Shown here: one piece after another, positions 17,665-29,214 of the stretch | How positions within the stretch are numbered: the first letter of the stretch is position 1 | How the letters are laid out: each line of letters begins with the position of its first letter | Origin: Bacteroidota bacterium | GTDB lineage: Bacteria > Bacteroidota > Bacteroidia > Bacteroidales > GCA-2748055 | Assembly: GCA_039714915.1 (NCBI GenBank) | Contig: JBDLIM010000006.1 | Coordinates: 7,230 to 71,229 of the forward strand | DNA length: 64,000 bases | Direction of reading: 5' to 3' | Translations under genes and position numbers: made by a program | Notes under the pieces: model-generated | What the model saw: the letters and a program-made list of their open reading frames with translations, nothing else | Told to the model about the DNA's origin: nothing | Databases searched by the model: none

Positions 17665-18618
17665 TTAATTTTTCGCTTTGGATTTTCCAAATAAGGAAAA
17701 ATGAACATATTCACCCGGATTTTCATTGAGGTCATTAATCAGGGCATCCAGGTCGCTAAGCAATGTCTCCAGATTTATGTACAGGCTGTCTGAATAGAAC
17801 AATTTTCCAGCGCTGCCTTCTCCGGCATTGACCTGCTGAAGAAGTTGATTAAACTGCTCGCTTACCGATAGCAGCTCAGCAGATAACCTGTCCAGCCCGG
17901 CACTGTCCACAGCTTCACTGATGGAATTCAGATGTTCGCTAAGAGAGGCCAGGTCATCTTCCTGCTCCTTAAGCATGGATGAAAAAGACTCCAGGTTAGC
18001 AAAGCTTTGATTCAGAGATCCTCCCGGTTCAAGGCTCAGGGCAAGCTCACCGGCAACCCCGGATATGTGTTGAAGTATGTCAAGTGCGGTTTGAGAGAAA
18101 AGCAGTGTATCCAGCTTCTGAGCCACCTGGTCAAGCGACTCAGCCAGGTCACCGATCCGTTCCATGACCGGCATGACCTGAGTCTGCAACTTAGAAAGCA
18201 TATCAACTTCGACAGCTGACACGATGGTGTCTTTGTCGGCATAGTGGCCCTTGCTTTCCGAAAGGGCTGATCCCACGGGAGGATCAATTCGAATGCCCTT
18301 GGTTCCCAGCAGATCCATACTGGCCAGTGTGGCTACAGAGCCTGAATGAAGGGGATAGTTTTTTTCGATGCTTAAAACCACCCTTATGGGAAACTTATCC
18401 TCCGGTCGCAGGGCAATTTCATTCACATAGCCAATCTTTACTCCATTCATCAGGACGGGAGCCGAAGCTTCCAGACCATCTGAATTCATATAAAAGGTCT
18501 GGAGGGTATAGGTGTTGCTTAGTATATTTCTGCCTTTTAAATAATTAATACCCCAGATCAATACGAGGATGGTAGCAATTCCAATTAATCCGACCTTTAT
18601 TTCGCTGCTGAATTTCAT
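17665..18618 (-). CDS. MlaD/MCE-family protein
   Basis: Start placed at MKFSSEIKVGLIG... (TM anchor followed by an MCE domain), with a long helical C-terminal region. The annotated ORF start at 18645 would overlap the upstream gene. Confidence 0.7.
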   Translation of the reverse strand: MKFSSEIKVGLIGIATILVLIWGINYLKGRNILSNTYTLQTFYMNSDGLEASAPVLMNGVKIGYVNEIALRPEDKFPIRVVLSIEKNYPLHSGSVATLASMDLLGTKGIRIDPPVGSALSESKGHYADKDTIVSAVEVDMLSKLQTQVMPVMERIGDLAESLDQVAQKLDTLLFSQTALDILQHISGVAGELALSLEPGGSLNQSFANLESFSSMLKEQEDDLASLSEHLNSISEAVDSAGLDRLSAELLSVSEQFNQLLQQVNAGEGSAGKLFYSDSLYINLETLLSDLDALINDLNENPGEYVHFSLFGKSKAKN

Positions 18619-18619
18619 A

Positions 18620-19786
18620 TTACCTGTTAATTTCCACAAGGGCATCCTTCAGTGGAATGATGTTACCGTTTTTGGAGGCCACCACAAACGCATCCGGGTA
18701 ATCGGCCTTAATTTCATTGCATTTTTCCAGCGCCTTATGATAGCTGGCTTCCTGTCCTACCATGTATTTATACCATCTGCCGTCCGCAATTACTTTTACA
18801 TTCTGGTAGCCTTTAAATGAAGAGGGTTCTGCCGGGATCCTGTTCTTGGAGGAAGCAAGCTGGATGCTGAAAATTACCTGGTTTGGATCTGCCTCCACCT
18901 GTGTTTCGGCAGGCTGAGGCAATTCAGGCCCGGGTTCGTCAGGAATTACCACCGTTAAATTGCTGCGCCTGTCAATTTCTTCCTTGTATTCCTTAAACCC
19001 TCGGTAGATGGCCGAAGCAATGATTTCCTGGCCATAGGAAGTCATCAGGTACTTTTCCTCTTGGGGATTGGAAATAAATCCGGTTTCAATCAACACACCG
19101 GGCATAGCTGTCTGGGCAAGCACAATCAATCCCTGCTCCCTTACTCCCAGGTCTTTCCTGGCCGCACGTTCCCTGAACTGGTCCTGGACATAATCCCCGA
19201 ATTCAATGCTTTGATTAAAATAGGTTTTCTGCATCATGGAAAACATGATGTAAGATTCGGTGGATGTGGGGTCGAAACCCTTATAGGTGGTTTCCCAGTC
19301 CTCTTCCAGTTGCATGACCGAGTTTTCCCTGACTGCCACATCAAAATTCTCACCGGCACGGTGCTGTCCCAGAACAAGGGTCAGGGTCCCTTTGGCAGAA
19401 GCAACCGTATGCGCATTTACATGGATGGAGACAAACAGATCTGCCTCTGCATCGTTTGCTATTTTTGCCCTGTCCATAAAACCCACGAACACATCCGTTT
19501 TGCGGGTATAAATCACTTTTACATCCGGGATGTTCTCCTCTATATATTGTCCCGCCTTCAGTGCTATGGCCAGGGCAAGGTCTTTTTCCTTTGCCCGTTT
19601 TCCAACTGCACCCGGATCCCTTCCGCCGTGACCTGGATCAATGACCACCGTCCGAATCCCTTCAGGCGGATCTTCCATGCTCGAACCCTGCACTGGCTGC
19701 ACAAAACTCAGGGCTGAAATTGTTGATACAAGAAACGTCCGAAATGACCGTTTTATATTTATTGGCATTACCTTTGCGTTTAGCAC
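18620..19786 (-). CDS. N-acetylmuramoyl-L-alanine amidase (Amidase_3) with C-terminal SPOR-like domain
   Basis: 388-aa ORF. The VVIDPGHGG...GA...E and SIHVNA motifs match AmiA/B/C-type amidases. The C-terminal ~80 aa look like a SPOR domain. The start may be Met7 (19768). Confidence 0.85.
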   Translation of the reverse strand: MLNAKVMPINIKRSFRTFLVSTISALSFVQPVQGSSMEDPPEGIRTVVIDPGHGGRDPGAVGKRAKEKDLALAIALKAGQYIEENIPDVKVIYTRKTDVFVGFMDRAKIANDAEADLFVSIHVNAHTVASAKGTLTLVLGQHRAGENFDVAVRENSVMQLEEDWETTYKGFDPTSTESYIMFSMMQKTYFNQSIEFGDYVQDQFRERAARKDLGVREQGLIVLAQTAMPGVLIETGFISNPQEEKYLMTSYGQEIIASAIYRGFKEYKEEIDRRSNLTVVIPDEPGPELPQPAETQVEADPNQVIFSIQLASSKNRIPAEPSSFKGYQNVKVIADGRWYKYMVGQEASYHKALEKCNEIKADYPDAFVVASKNGNIIPLKDALVEINR

Positions 19787-19807
19787 AAAATTATAAGTTT
19801 AATCAGA

Positions 19808-22573
19808 TTGCACTACGACCGGATAAAGATACTTTTCATCATCTTACTAACTGTTTCAGCCAGTAGCTTATTGTATGCTCAGGAGCCTGACTCCACAGTT
19901 GCGGCCGATTCTGTAGTTGCATTTGATTATGTTGCAGTGGGCGATACAAGTGCTTCAGCCGATTCCCTCTTCAACGGGATCCCCGAGGGATTTACCATTG
20001 ACTCCATTTCCGGCGATACCATTCCCCTGGCCCAGACTGCCGGCAGTGACATCGAAGCCGAGGTCAAATACACCTCAAGCGATTCCCTGGTCTTTTCACT
20101 GGATGGGGGAACCGTTGAACTCTATGGGGATGCCAGGATAGCCTACGAGGACATCACCCTCGAGGCTGCCTATATCCGCTATGAAATGGATAACAACCTG
20201 GTACTGGCCAATGGCCTGCCCGATTCTTCCGGAACGGTCATTGGGGATCCTAAATTTGCCGACGCCAATAACTCATTTGAATCCAAGAGATTACGTTACA
20301 ATTTTAAAACCCAGAAAGGATACATCGAAGAGGTGGTTACTGAGCAGGAGGGCGGCTTTCTTCATGCAGAACAGACCAAGAAACAGACCAATGGGCATGT
20401 ACACCTTAAGGATGGGAAATACACCACCTGTGATGCAGAACATCCCCATTTTTACATAGCCATCACCAAGGGGATCAGCATGCCTGGCGATAAGATCGTA
20501 TCCGGACCGGCCTATATTGTCCTGGCGGATGTTCCCCTGCCCCTGGGAATTCCGTTTGGCTTCTTTCCAAATTCAAAGACCAAGACCTCGGGAATACTGA
20601 TTCCTAAGTACGGAGAAGAGTCCCGACGTGGTTTTTACCTCAGGGAGGGTGGGTACTATTTTGCCATGAATGAGTACATGGACCTGAGAGTCACCGGGGA
20701 CATTTATACCAACGGAACCTGGGGATTACGTGTGGGAACCAATTACAAGGTAAATTACCGCTTCACCGGGAACCTGAATATGAAGTACTTCAAGAACATC
20801 ACCGGTTATAAGAACATTGAAGGACAGTACAGTGTAAGCAAGGATTATGCCATTGGATGGTCTCACAGCCAGGACTCAAGGGCCAATCCCAACTCTTCGT
20901 TCAGGGCCAGTGTGAACCTTTCCAGCTCCTCCTACGACAAGAATCACACACGCAACATCAACAGCGTGATGAGAAACACCAAGCAGTCCAGCATCTCCTA
21001 CACTAAGAAATTTCCGAACAGTCCCTTCAACCTGAGTGCTTCCCTTAACCACAGTCAGAACAGCAACACCAAGGGAGTGAATATGACCCTTCCCAAGGTT
21101 TCCCTGAATATGGCCAGGATAAATCCTTTCAAACGAAAGGGAGGGACCGGTCCCAAGCGCTGGTACGAGGACATTCAGTTCAGCTATACCAGCATGCTGG
21201 AAAACCGGATCAGCACCTATGATTCACTTTTATTTACCAGTGATGTGTGGAACGACATGAAAAATGGCTACAAGCATAACATCCCCCTCAGTCTGAATAT
21301 CAAACCCTTCAGGAAAACCCCCATGCTTCAGAGTTTTGCCATCACCCCATCCATGAACTACAACGGGATGCTGTACACAAAGCAAACCCATAAGTTTGTG
21401 TCAGGTTATGAAGAAGAATTGGATGATGAAGGAAATATGATCGGCTTAAATCCTGTTGTTACAGATACACTGATCGGGAAGATCTCCTATGCCCATTCCC
21501 TTTTCCCCAGCATAAGCTCCGGATTTGCGCCCAAGGTTTATGGCATGTACCAGTTTAACGGGGATGGGAGGATGGAGGCCATCCGGCATGTGATGACTCC
21601 CTCGGCCAGCTTCTCTTTTGTGCCGGATATGACTTCCATCCAGGCAGATTACTACCGGGCAGTGGTGGACACAGAAAACAACAACGATACCCTGGAGGTC
21701 TATTCCATTTATGAAGATCAGCTTTATGGTACACCCACCTTTAACGGAGCCTCGGGAAACCTGAGCTTTTCTCTTCGCAACAACTTGGAAGCCAAGATGC
21801 GCTCCAAGGTGGATACCATCGATGAACTGGAGAAAGTGAAAATCCTGGATAATTTTAATTTCAGTACCAGCTACAACATCTTTCACAGTGATACACTCAG
21901 CCCGGCCTGGCGTCCCGTTAGTTTCAACGGCAATACCCGCATATTTAATAATAAGCTGAACATTTCCTTCAGAGGGGTGATGGACCCCTTTGGTTACAAT
22001 GAGACCCGAAACCGGACCCGGGAGACTTATTTCTCCCAAACCGGCAAACCGTTGCGACTTACCAATGCCAGTGTAAGTGCAGGTTTTTCGCTGAAGTCGA
22101 AGCAGGACAAAGAAGGAAGTAAGTCAGATCAGGAAGCCATGGACCGGGAATCAAGGCTGAATAACCCGGATAAGGCAGGGGAGGATCCCCTGGAAACCTA
22201 CGATCCCAATCTGGAGGATTATTACGGGGATTATGTGGATTTTGATATACCCTGGTCCCTGCGGGTCGATTACAGCTTCAGCTATACTAAACCTAAGGAT
22301 GTATCCAGGGTGGTTCAGACGGTCCGGGCTTCAGGCGATTTCAGTCTCTCGCCCAACTGGAAGATCGGGTTTAATACGGGCTATGACCTGGACAGGAAAC
22401 AGTTTACCACAACCAACCTTAGTATTTACAGGGATTTGCATTGCTGGGAAATGAGGATATCGGTGGTGCCATTTGGCTCCTATAAATCCTATAATTTTCA
22501 GATCAATGCCAAATCATCCATTCTCACCGATCTGAAATACAACAAGAGGAAGTCCTGGCAGGATAATTTTTAA
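19808..22573 (+). CDS. Large outer-membrane protein, LptD (OstA)-like
   Basis: 921-aa ORF with a TTG start (no in-frame ATG before the signal peptide). It has an OstA-like N-terminal jellyroll segment (TVELYGDARIAYEDITLEAAYIRYE...) and a long beta-rich region. The family call comes from memory of Bacteroidota 'putative LPS assembly protein LptD'. Confidence 0.6.
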   Translation: MHYDRIKILFIILLTVSASSLLYAQEPDSTVAADSVVAFDYVAVGDTSASADSLFNGIPEGFTIDSISGDTIPLAQTAGSDIEAEVKYTSSDSLVFSLDGGTVELYGDARIAYEDITLEAAYIRYEMDNNLVLANGLPDSSGTVIGDPKFADANNSFESKRLRYNFKTQKGYIEEVVTEQEGGFLHAEQTKKQTNGHVHLKDGKYTTCDAEHPHFYIAITKGISMPGDKIVSGPAYIVLADVPLPLGIPFGFFPNSKTKTSGILIPKYGEESRRGFYLREGGYYFAMNEYMDLRVTGDIYTNGTWGLRVGTNYKVNYRFTGNLNMKYFKNITGYKNIEGQYSVSKDYAIGWSHSQDSRANPNSSFRASVNLSSSSYDKNHTRNINSVMRNTKQSSISYTKKFPNSPFNLSASLNHSQNSNTKGVNMTLPKVSLNMARINPFKRKGGTGPKRWYEDIQFSYTSMLENRISTYDSLLFTSDVWNDMKNGYKHNIPLSLNIKPFRKTPMLQSFAITPSMNYNGMLYTKQTHKFVSGYEEELDDEGNMIGLNPVVTDTLIGKISYAHSLFPSISSGFAPKVYGMYQFNGDGRMEAIRHVMTPSASFSFVPDMTSIQADYYRAVVDTENNNDTLEVYSIYEDQLYGTPTFNGASGNLSFSLRNNLEAKMRSKVDTIDELEKVKILDNFNFSTSYNIFHSDTLSPAWRPVSFNGNTRIFNNKLNISFRGVMDPFGYNETRNRTRETYFSQTGKPLRLTNASVSAGFSLKSKQDKEGSKSDQEAMDRESRLNNPDKAGEDPLETYDPNLEDYYGDYVDFDIPWSLRVDYSFSYTKPKDVSRVVQTVRASGDFSLSPNWKIGFNTGYDLDRKQFTTTNLSIYRDLHCWEMRISVVPFGSYKSYNFQINAKSSILTDLKYNKRKSWQDNF

Positions 22574-22584
22574 AAGTTAAGCAT

Positions 22585-22962
22585 ATGAGAAGAATCATTC
22601 ACACCGATAAGGCTCCTGCAGCAGTAGGACCCTATTCTCAGGCCGTTGAAGCTGGAGAAACGCTTTATATTTCAGGCCAGGTTCCGCTGGAACCGGATAC
22701 GGGAAATATTGTCACAGGTGGCATTCGTGAACAAACAGAGCAGGTAATGAAGAACATTGCTGCGATCCTGGAAGAGGCCGGTTACGGTTTCGGGCATGTG
22801 GTCAAATCCACTTGTCTCCTGTCCGATATGGCTAATTTTAAAGCGATGAATGAAATCTATGCCAGATACTATCCTGCCGATCAACCGGCAAGGGCTGCAT
22901 TTGCAGTGAAGGAACTTCCTCTGGGTGTGCTTGTTGAGATTGAATCCATTGCCGTAAAATAA
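22585..22962 (+). CDS. ridA: RidA (YjgF/L-PSP) family enamine/imine deaminase
   Basis: 125-aa ORF. ...APAAVGPYSQAV...ISGQ...PAR..F.V..LP..V.VEIE is the classic RidA signature. Confidence 0.9.
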   Translation: MRRIIHTDKAPAAVGPYSQAVEAGETLYISGQVPLEPDTGNIVTGGIREQTEQVMKNIAAILEEAGYGFGHVVKSTCLLSDMANFKAMNEIYARYYPADQPARAAFAVKELPLGVLVEIESIAVK

Positions 22963-22991
22963 AAACCGCCCGGCAGGAACCGGGCGGTTTT
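22961..22991. terminator. Bidirectional intrinsic terminator (ridA / rplI)
   Basis: AAAAACCGCCCGG-caggaa-CCGGGCGGTTTT. A 9-bp GC stem flanked by an A-run and a T-run, between convergent genes. Confidence 0.8.
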
Positions 22992-23013
22992 AAACTAGTT
23001 CAGGTTTATTGCC

Positions 23014-23460
23014 TTATTCGGATACGATTTCGAAGGGAATGTCCACCAGTACTTCCTTATGAAGCTTTACAGTGGCAGAATAAGATCCAATCTCTTTGAT
23101 CAGGTCATCCTTAATGGAAATATTCTTTCTTTCCACCTCAAATCCCTTTTCTACCAGCGCTTCTGCAATCTGGATGGTATTCACTGAACCGAAAATTTTT
23201 CCCTTGGTACTGGTTTTGGCACCAATGGAAAGGGATACTTTTTTCAGTTCTTCAGCCATGGCGAGAGCAGACTCCTTCAACTGAGCTTCTTTATGCGCAC
23301 GTTGCCTGAGGATCTCCTCGTGTACCTTTTTGGCCTGAGCCGTTGCATTAATAGCAAGGCCTTTGGGAATCAAATAATTCCTGGCATATCCATCTTTCAC
23401 CAAGATGATATCATCTTTGTTTCCCAGGTTCGGCATATCCTGCTTTAAGATCACATTCAT
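23014..23460 (-). CDS. rplI: 50S ribosomal protein L9
   Basis: 148-aa ORF. MNVILKQD...G..G....VK.GYARNYLIP.G.A N-terminal signature. Confidence 0.95.
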   Translation of the reverse strand: MNVILKQDMPNLGNKDDIILVKDGYARNYLIPKGLAINATAQAKKVHEEILRQRAHKEAQLKESALAMAEELKKVSLSIGAKTSTKGKIFGSVNTIQIAEALVEKGFEVERKNISIKDDLIKEIGSYSATVKLHKEVLVDIPFEIVSE

Positions 23461-23475
23461 GTCAAGTTCCTCCTT

Positions 23476-23745
23476 TTACTTTAGCATATCAGTTACATAA
23501 GGAAGCAATGCCAGGTGCCTTGCACGCTTAATGGCCACTGCTATTTTTCTCTGGTACTTCAGCGAGGTGCCTGTTAAGCGCCTCGGAAGAATCTTACCCT
23601 GTTCATTCAGGAACTTCTTCAGGAATTCGGGGTCTTTATAATCAATGTATTTGATCCGGTTCTTTCTGAACCTACAGTACTTCTTCTTCTTTATCTCTAC
23701 TGTTGGCGGAGTTAAATATCTGATTTCTGAATTATCTTGTGCCAT
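23476..23745 (-). CDS. rpsR: 30S ribosomal protein S18
   Basis: 89-aa ORF. ...YIDYKD...LKKF....GKILPRR.TG....QR....AIKRAR.LALLPY. Confidence 0.95.
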   Translation of the reverse strand: MAQDNSEIRYLTPPTVEIKKKKYCRFRKNRIKYIDYKDPEFLKKFLNEQGKILPRRLTGTSLKYQRKIAVAIKRARHLALLPYVTDMLK

Positions 23746-24101
23746 TATTTAACCTCCTGTTTTTGTTCTGCTGATTTTCTTGCTCTTTTTTTCTCGGCGT
23801 AAGCCACAGCATATTTTTCCATCTTCATGGTAAGAAAACGAATGATGCGTTCATCCCTGCGAAACTCTGTCTCGAGTTTTGCAATTGCAGCGGGATCAGC
23901 CCTGAACTCGATCAGGTGGTAAAAACCAGTGGATTTCTTTTGAATGGGATAGGCCAGTTTTTTCAGGCCCCAGTCCTCCTCATAGACGATTTCACCTTTG
24001 CTGCCGGTGATCACCTTTTTGAATTTGCTAACCGCTTCCTTCATCTGACTTTCAGACAAAACGGGAGTACAAATGAAAACGGTTTCGTATTGGTTCAACA
24101 T
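23745..24101 (-). CDS. rpsF: 30S ribosomal protein S6
   Basis: Start placed at the internal ATG ([10 protein letters not shown]...), the typical S6 N-terminus. TAATG overlap with rpsR. The 36-codon upstream extension covers the promoter. Confidence 0.95.
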   Translation of the reverse strand: MLNQYETVFICTPVLSESQMKEAVSKFKKVITGSKGEIVYEEDWGLKKLAYPIQKKSTGFYHLIEFRADPAAIAKLETEFRRDERIIRFLTMKMEKYAVAYAEKKRARKSAEQKQEVK

Positions 24102-24133
24102 GTAAAAAAATTTAGTTAATGAAAAATCGACTG

Positions 24134-24164
24134 CAAAAGTATGAAGTTTTTGATTAACAGCAAA
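24134..24164 (-). promoter_or_regulatory. rpsF-rpsR-rplI promoter (-33 TTTG, 19-nt spacer, -7 TACTTTTG)
   Basis: Both consensus boxes are exact with canonical spacing on the minus strand. The predicted leader is ~30 nt. Confidence 0.65.
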
Positions 24165-24307
24165 AAAAGAAATAGTTTTTATATGAGCTTTACGATAGAT
24201 ACGGTACAATTTATGGGCTAATTCGGATTCTTGCCTCCTTTTTACCTAATCACTATTCCCTGTTCACTTTCCACTTTTGACTTAAGTTGCTAACTTAGCA
24301 ACCGCAT

Positions 24308-26095
24308 ATGGATAAGTTTATAGTATCGGCCCGGAAATACAGGCCATCAAGTTTCAATGATGTGGTAGGACAATCTTCCATTACCACCACACTTCGGAAT
24401 TCCATATTGAATAATCATCTGGGGCATGCCTATCTTTTCAGTGGTCCCAGGGGAGTGGGTAAGACCACCTGTGCCCGTATTTTTGCCAGGACCATTAACT
24501 GCTTTAAGCTTGGTGAAAATGGGGAAGCATGCGGAGAATGCGAATCCTGCCAGTCTTTTAATGAAAACAGGTCTTACAGCATTCATGAGCTGGATGCTGC
24601 ATCCAATAATTCGGTAGACGACATCCGAACGCTCACCGAGCAGGTCAGGATCCCTCCACAGATCGGATCCTATAGCATCTATATAATAGATGAGGTTCAC
24701 ATGTTATCCCAGTCAGCCTTTAACGCATTTCTTAAAACCCTGGAGGAACCTCCCGCCCATGCAATCTTTGTACTGGCCACCACAGAAAAACATAAGATTA
24801 TTCCCACCATCTTATCCAGGTGCCAGATTTTCGATTTTCATCGGATCCGGGTAGAAGATGCCGTGGAATACCTGGCAGGGATTGCCACCAGGGAATCTCT
24901 TGAATATGAAGACGATGCCTTGCATGTGATCGCTCAGAAAGCCGATGGCGCCATGCGGGATGCACTTTCCATTTTCGACCAGGTGGTTAGTTTCTCAGGA
25001 AAAAAAATTACCTATCAGGATGTGATCAAGAACCTGAATATCCTGGATTATGAGTACTATTTCAGGCTCACTTTTGCATGCATGGAAGGAGATGCGGCAT
25101 CGGCCCTCCTGCTTTTCAATGAAGTGCTGAACAAAGGATTTGATGCCAGGAACTTCATCAATGGCTATGCTGCACACCTGCGCGACCTGATGGTTTGTAA
25201 GAATCCTGAAACCATACAACTTATGGAAGTGGGTGCCGGCATTAAAGAGAAATACCTTAAACAATCATCTGAAGTATCCCTGCCTTTCCTGTATGCAGGA
25301 CTGGATATTTGCAATCAGGCCGACATCGAGTTCAGGTCCAGCCGTAATCAGCGGCTTACCATCGAATTGGCCCTGGTGAAGCTGGCCAACCTGCACAAGG
25401 ATCAAAAAAAAAAAGTAGCATCACCTGAACCGGAAACCGCCGTTGAGACTTCAACCACCCTGAAGGAAGCTGCTGAAAAGGAAACAAGTGCTTCGCCAGA
25501 AGCCCATGTAACTCAGGAAAAACTTCTGATTTCTGATAAACCTGTAACTTCTGAGAAACCGGAGTCTCATGAAGCTCAGGCTGGAAACGGTGCCGGACTG
25601 ACAATGAAAGGGCCTACCTTATCCATTAAGGAGAGTCTGAAGGGTGTCGTAGCGAAACCGGTATCACAGGAGAGTGCGGATACCGAATCCGGAGAACCGG
25701 GATCCTCCTCCCGACCCGATACGGGAGAGATTGATCCCGATCGGCTGCTCCATGCATGGAACGACTATGCGGCATCACTGGAGAAGAGCAGGCCTCGGAT
25801 TTACAGTACCCTGGTGAACAATCGTCCAGTGGTCCGGAGCGATGGAAGCGTCATGGTGCTGTTGAACAGCGAGGCGCAACAGGATCATTTTCAGAAATAC
25901 ATTAAAGCGGGACTGGTAAAGTATTTCCAGGAGAATGCGGGGATCTCTTCAGTGAATATTGTGACCGGTGTGGCTGAAACCAGCCAGAACGGAAAGAAGA
26001 TCTATACGGAGCAGGACAAACTAGAATACCTAATGAAAAAGAATCCCGACCTGGCCTTGTTGAAGTCCAGATTTAACCTTGATTATGATGACTGA
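24308..26095 (+). CDS. dnaX: DNA polymerase III subunit tau (gamma/tau), clamp loader
   Basis: 595-aa ORF. Walker A GPRGVGKTT, zinc module CxxCxxC (CGECESC), SRC motif (LSRCQ), a low-complexity linker and a C-terminal tau domain. Contains the A11 tract at 25404-25414. Confidence 0.95.
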   Translation: MDKFIVSARKYRPSSFNDVVGQSSITTTLRNSILNNHLGHAYLFSGPRGVGKTTCARIFARTINCFKLGENGEACGECESCQSFNENRSYSIHELDAASNNSVDDIRTLTEQVRIPPQIGSYSIYIIDEVHMLSQSAFNAFLKTLEEPPAHAIFVLATTEKHKIIPTILSRCQIFDFHRIRVEDAVEYLAGIATRESLEYEDDALHVIAQKADGAMRDALSIFDQVVSFSGKKITYQDVIKNLNILDYEYYFRLTFACMEGDAASALLLFNEVLNKGFDARNFINGYAAHLRDLMVCKNPETIQLMEVGAGIKEKYLKQSSEVSLPFLYAGLDICNQADIEFRSSRNQRLTIELALVKLANLHKDQKKKVASPEPETAVETSTTLKEAAEKETSASPEAHVTQEKLLISDKPVTSEKPESHEAQAGNGAGLTMKGPTLSIKESLKGVVAKPVSQESADTESGEPGSSSRPDTGEIDPDRLLHAWNDYAASLEKSRPRIYSTLVNNRPVVRSDGSVMVLLNSEAQQDHFQKYIKAGLVKYFQENAGISSVNIVTGVAETSQNGKKIYTEQDKLEYLMKKNPDLALLKSRFNLDYDD

Positions 26096-26133
26096 TCCCG
26101 GGATCAGCTGCTACCATCAATCTGTATTCCGAT

Positions 26134-28386
<2,253 letters not shown>

Positions 28387-28519
28387 TTAAATGCGCCCTC
28401 AAAATAAAGGAGTATATATGGAATGGCCAAACTTTATTCCCCTGTAACTGTTATAAATTGTTGGTTATATAACCTTTTAATATGATATTTGATATCTTAT
28501 AACCTTTATTTTAAAGATC

Positions 28520-29026
28520 ATGCTTACGAAAAAAGTAGAAGAAATTCTAAATCTACAGATTGAAAAAGAAGACTACTCATCTCAGCTCTATCTTTCAATG
28601 GCCTCCTGGGCCGAGAACAAAGGATACGAAGGAGTTTCTAATTGGCTATATGCTCAGGCAGAGGAGGAAAGGCTTCATATGCTGAAACTTGTAAAATATG
28701 TGAACGGCCGGGATGGTGTAGCCATTATTCCGGGTATTGAAACTCCTCCAACAGACTTCGGAGATGTTTTTGTCATGTTTGACAAGGTACTGGCCCATGA
28801 GCAGTTTATTTCGGGTTCCATCGCCGAAATCGTGGCAGTCTGCATCGGCGAGAACGACTACACCACTCAGAACTGGATACAATGGTTTGTAACCGAGCAG
28901 ATTGAAGAAGAAGCTTCTGTAAAAGCCATCATCGATAAACTGAAACTGCTGGGTAAGAACAACCTGTATATGTTCGACCGCGACATCATGTCCATGCGCG
29001 GCAGCGCAGACGAAAGCGAGACATAG
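28520..29026 (+). CDS. Non-haem ferritin
   Basis: 168-aa ORF. Ferritin-like four-helix bundle with ferroxidase ligands (E..Y...E..H...E...QxxEE) in the pattern of bacterial Ftn. Confidence 0.9.
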   Translation: MLTKKVEEILNLQIEKEDYSSQLYLSMASWAENKGYEGVSNWLYAQAEEERLHMLKLVKYVNGRDGVAIIPGIETPPTDFGDVFVMFDKVLAHEQFISGSIAEIVAVCIGENDYTTQNWIQWFVTEQIEEEASVKAIIDKLKLLGKNNLYMFDRDIMSMRGSADESET

Positions 29027-29162
29027 TATTCCTTTCTCCAGACAGTTAAATTGTATCCTCCGGATTGTTTCTCTTAAATAATCCGCTAAGGGTTTGAACT
29101 GTCAATTTCGCAGTTTTTTCATATTGGTATGCTATTTGAGAGATCAAGACCGATAAAAAGGA

Positions 29163-29170
29163 TAAATTTG
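29163..29170 (+). promoter_or_regulatory. -7 promoter box (TAAATTTG) for secA
   Basis: Exact TAnnTTTG 45 nt upstream of the secA ATG. The nearest upstream TTTG lies 24 nt away, which is non-canonical spacing. Confidence 0.4.
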
Positions 29171-29214
29171 TCCTTTCTCAATAGTTAATACGAATCAAAT
29201 AATCACATCGGATC

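Noticed and set aside
24102-24209. N-terminal 36-codon extension of the rpsF ORF
   Set aside because: The extension covers a perfect -33/-7 promoter (24134-24164). The canonical S6 N-terminus begins at the ATG at 24101.
26092-26107. 16-nt perfect palindrome CTGATCCCGGGATCAG overlapping the dnaX stop
   Set aside because: It could form a 6-bp hairpin between the convergent dnaX and icd genes, but it has no U-run on either strand and contains a SmaI-type CCCGGG core. Evidence is insufficient to call it a terminator.
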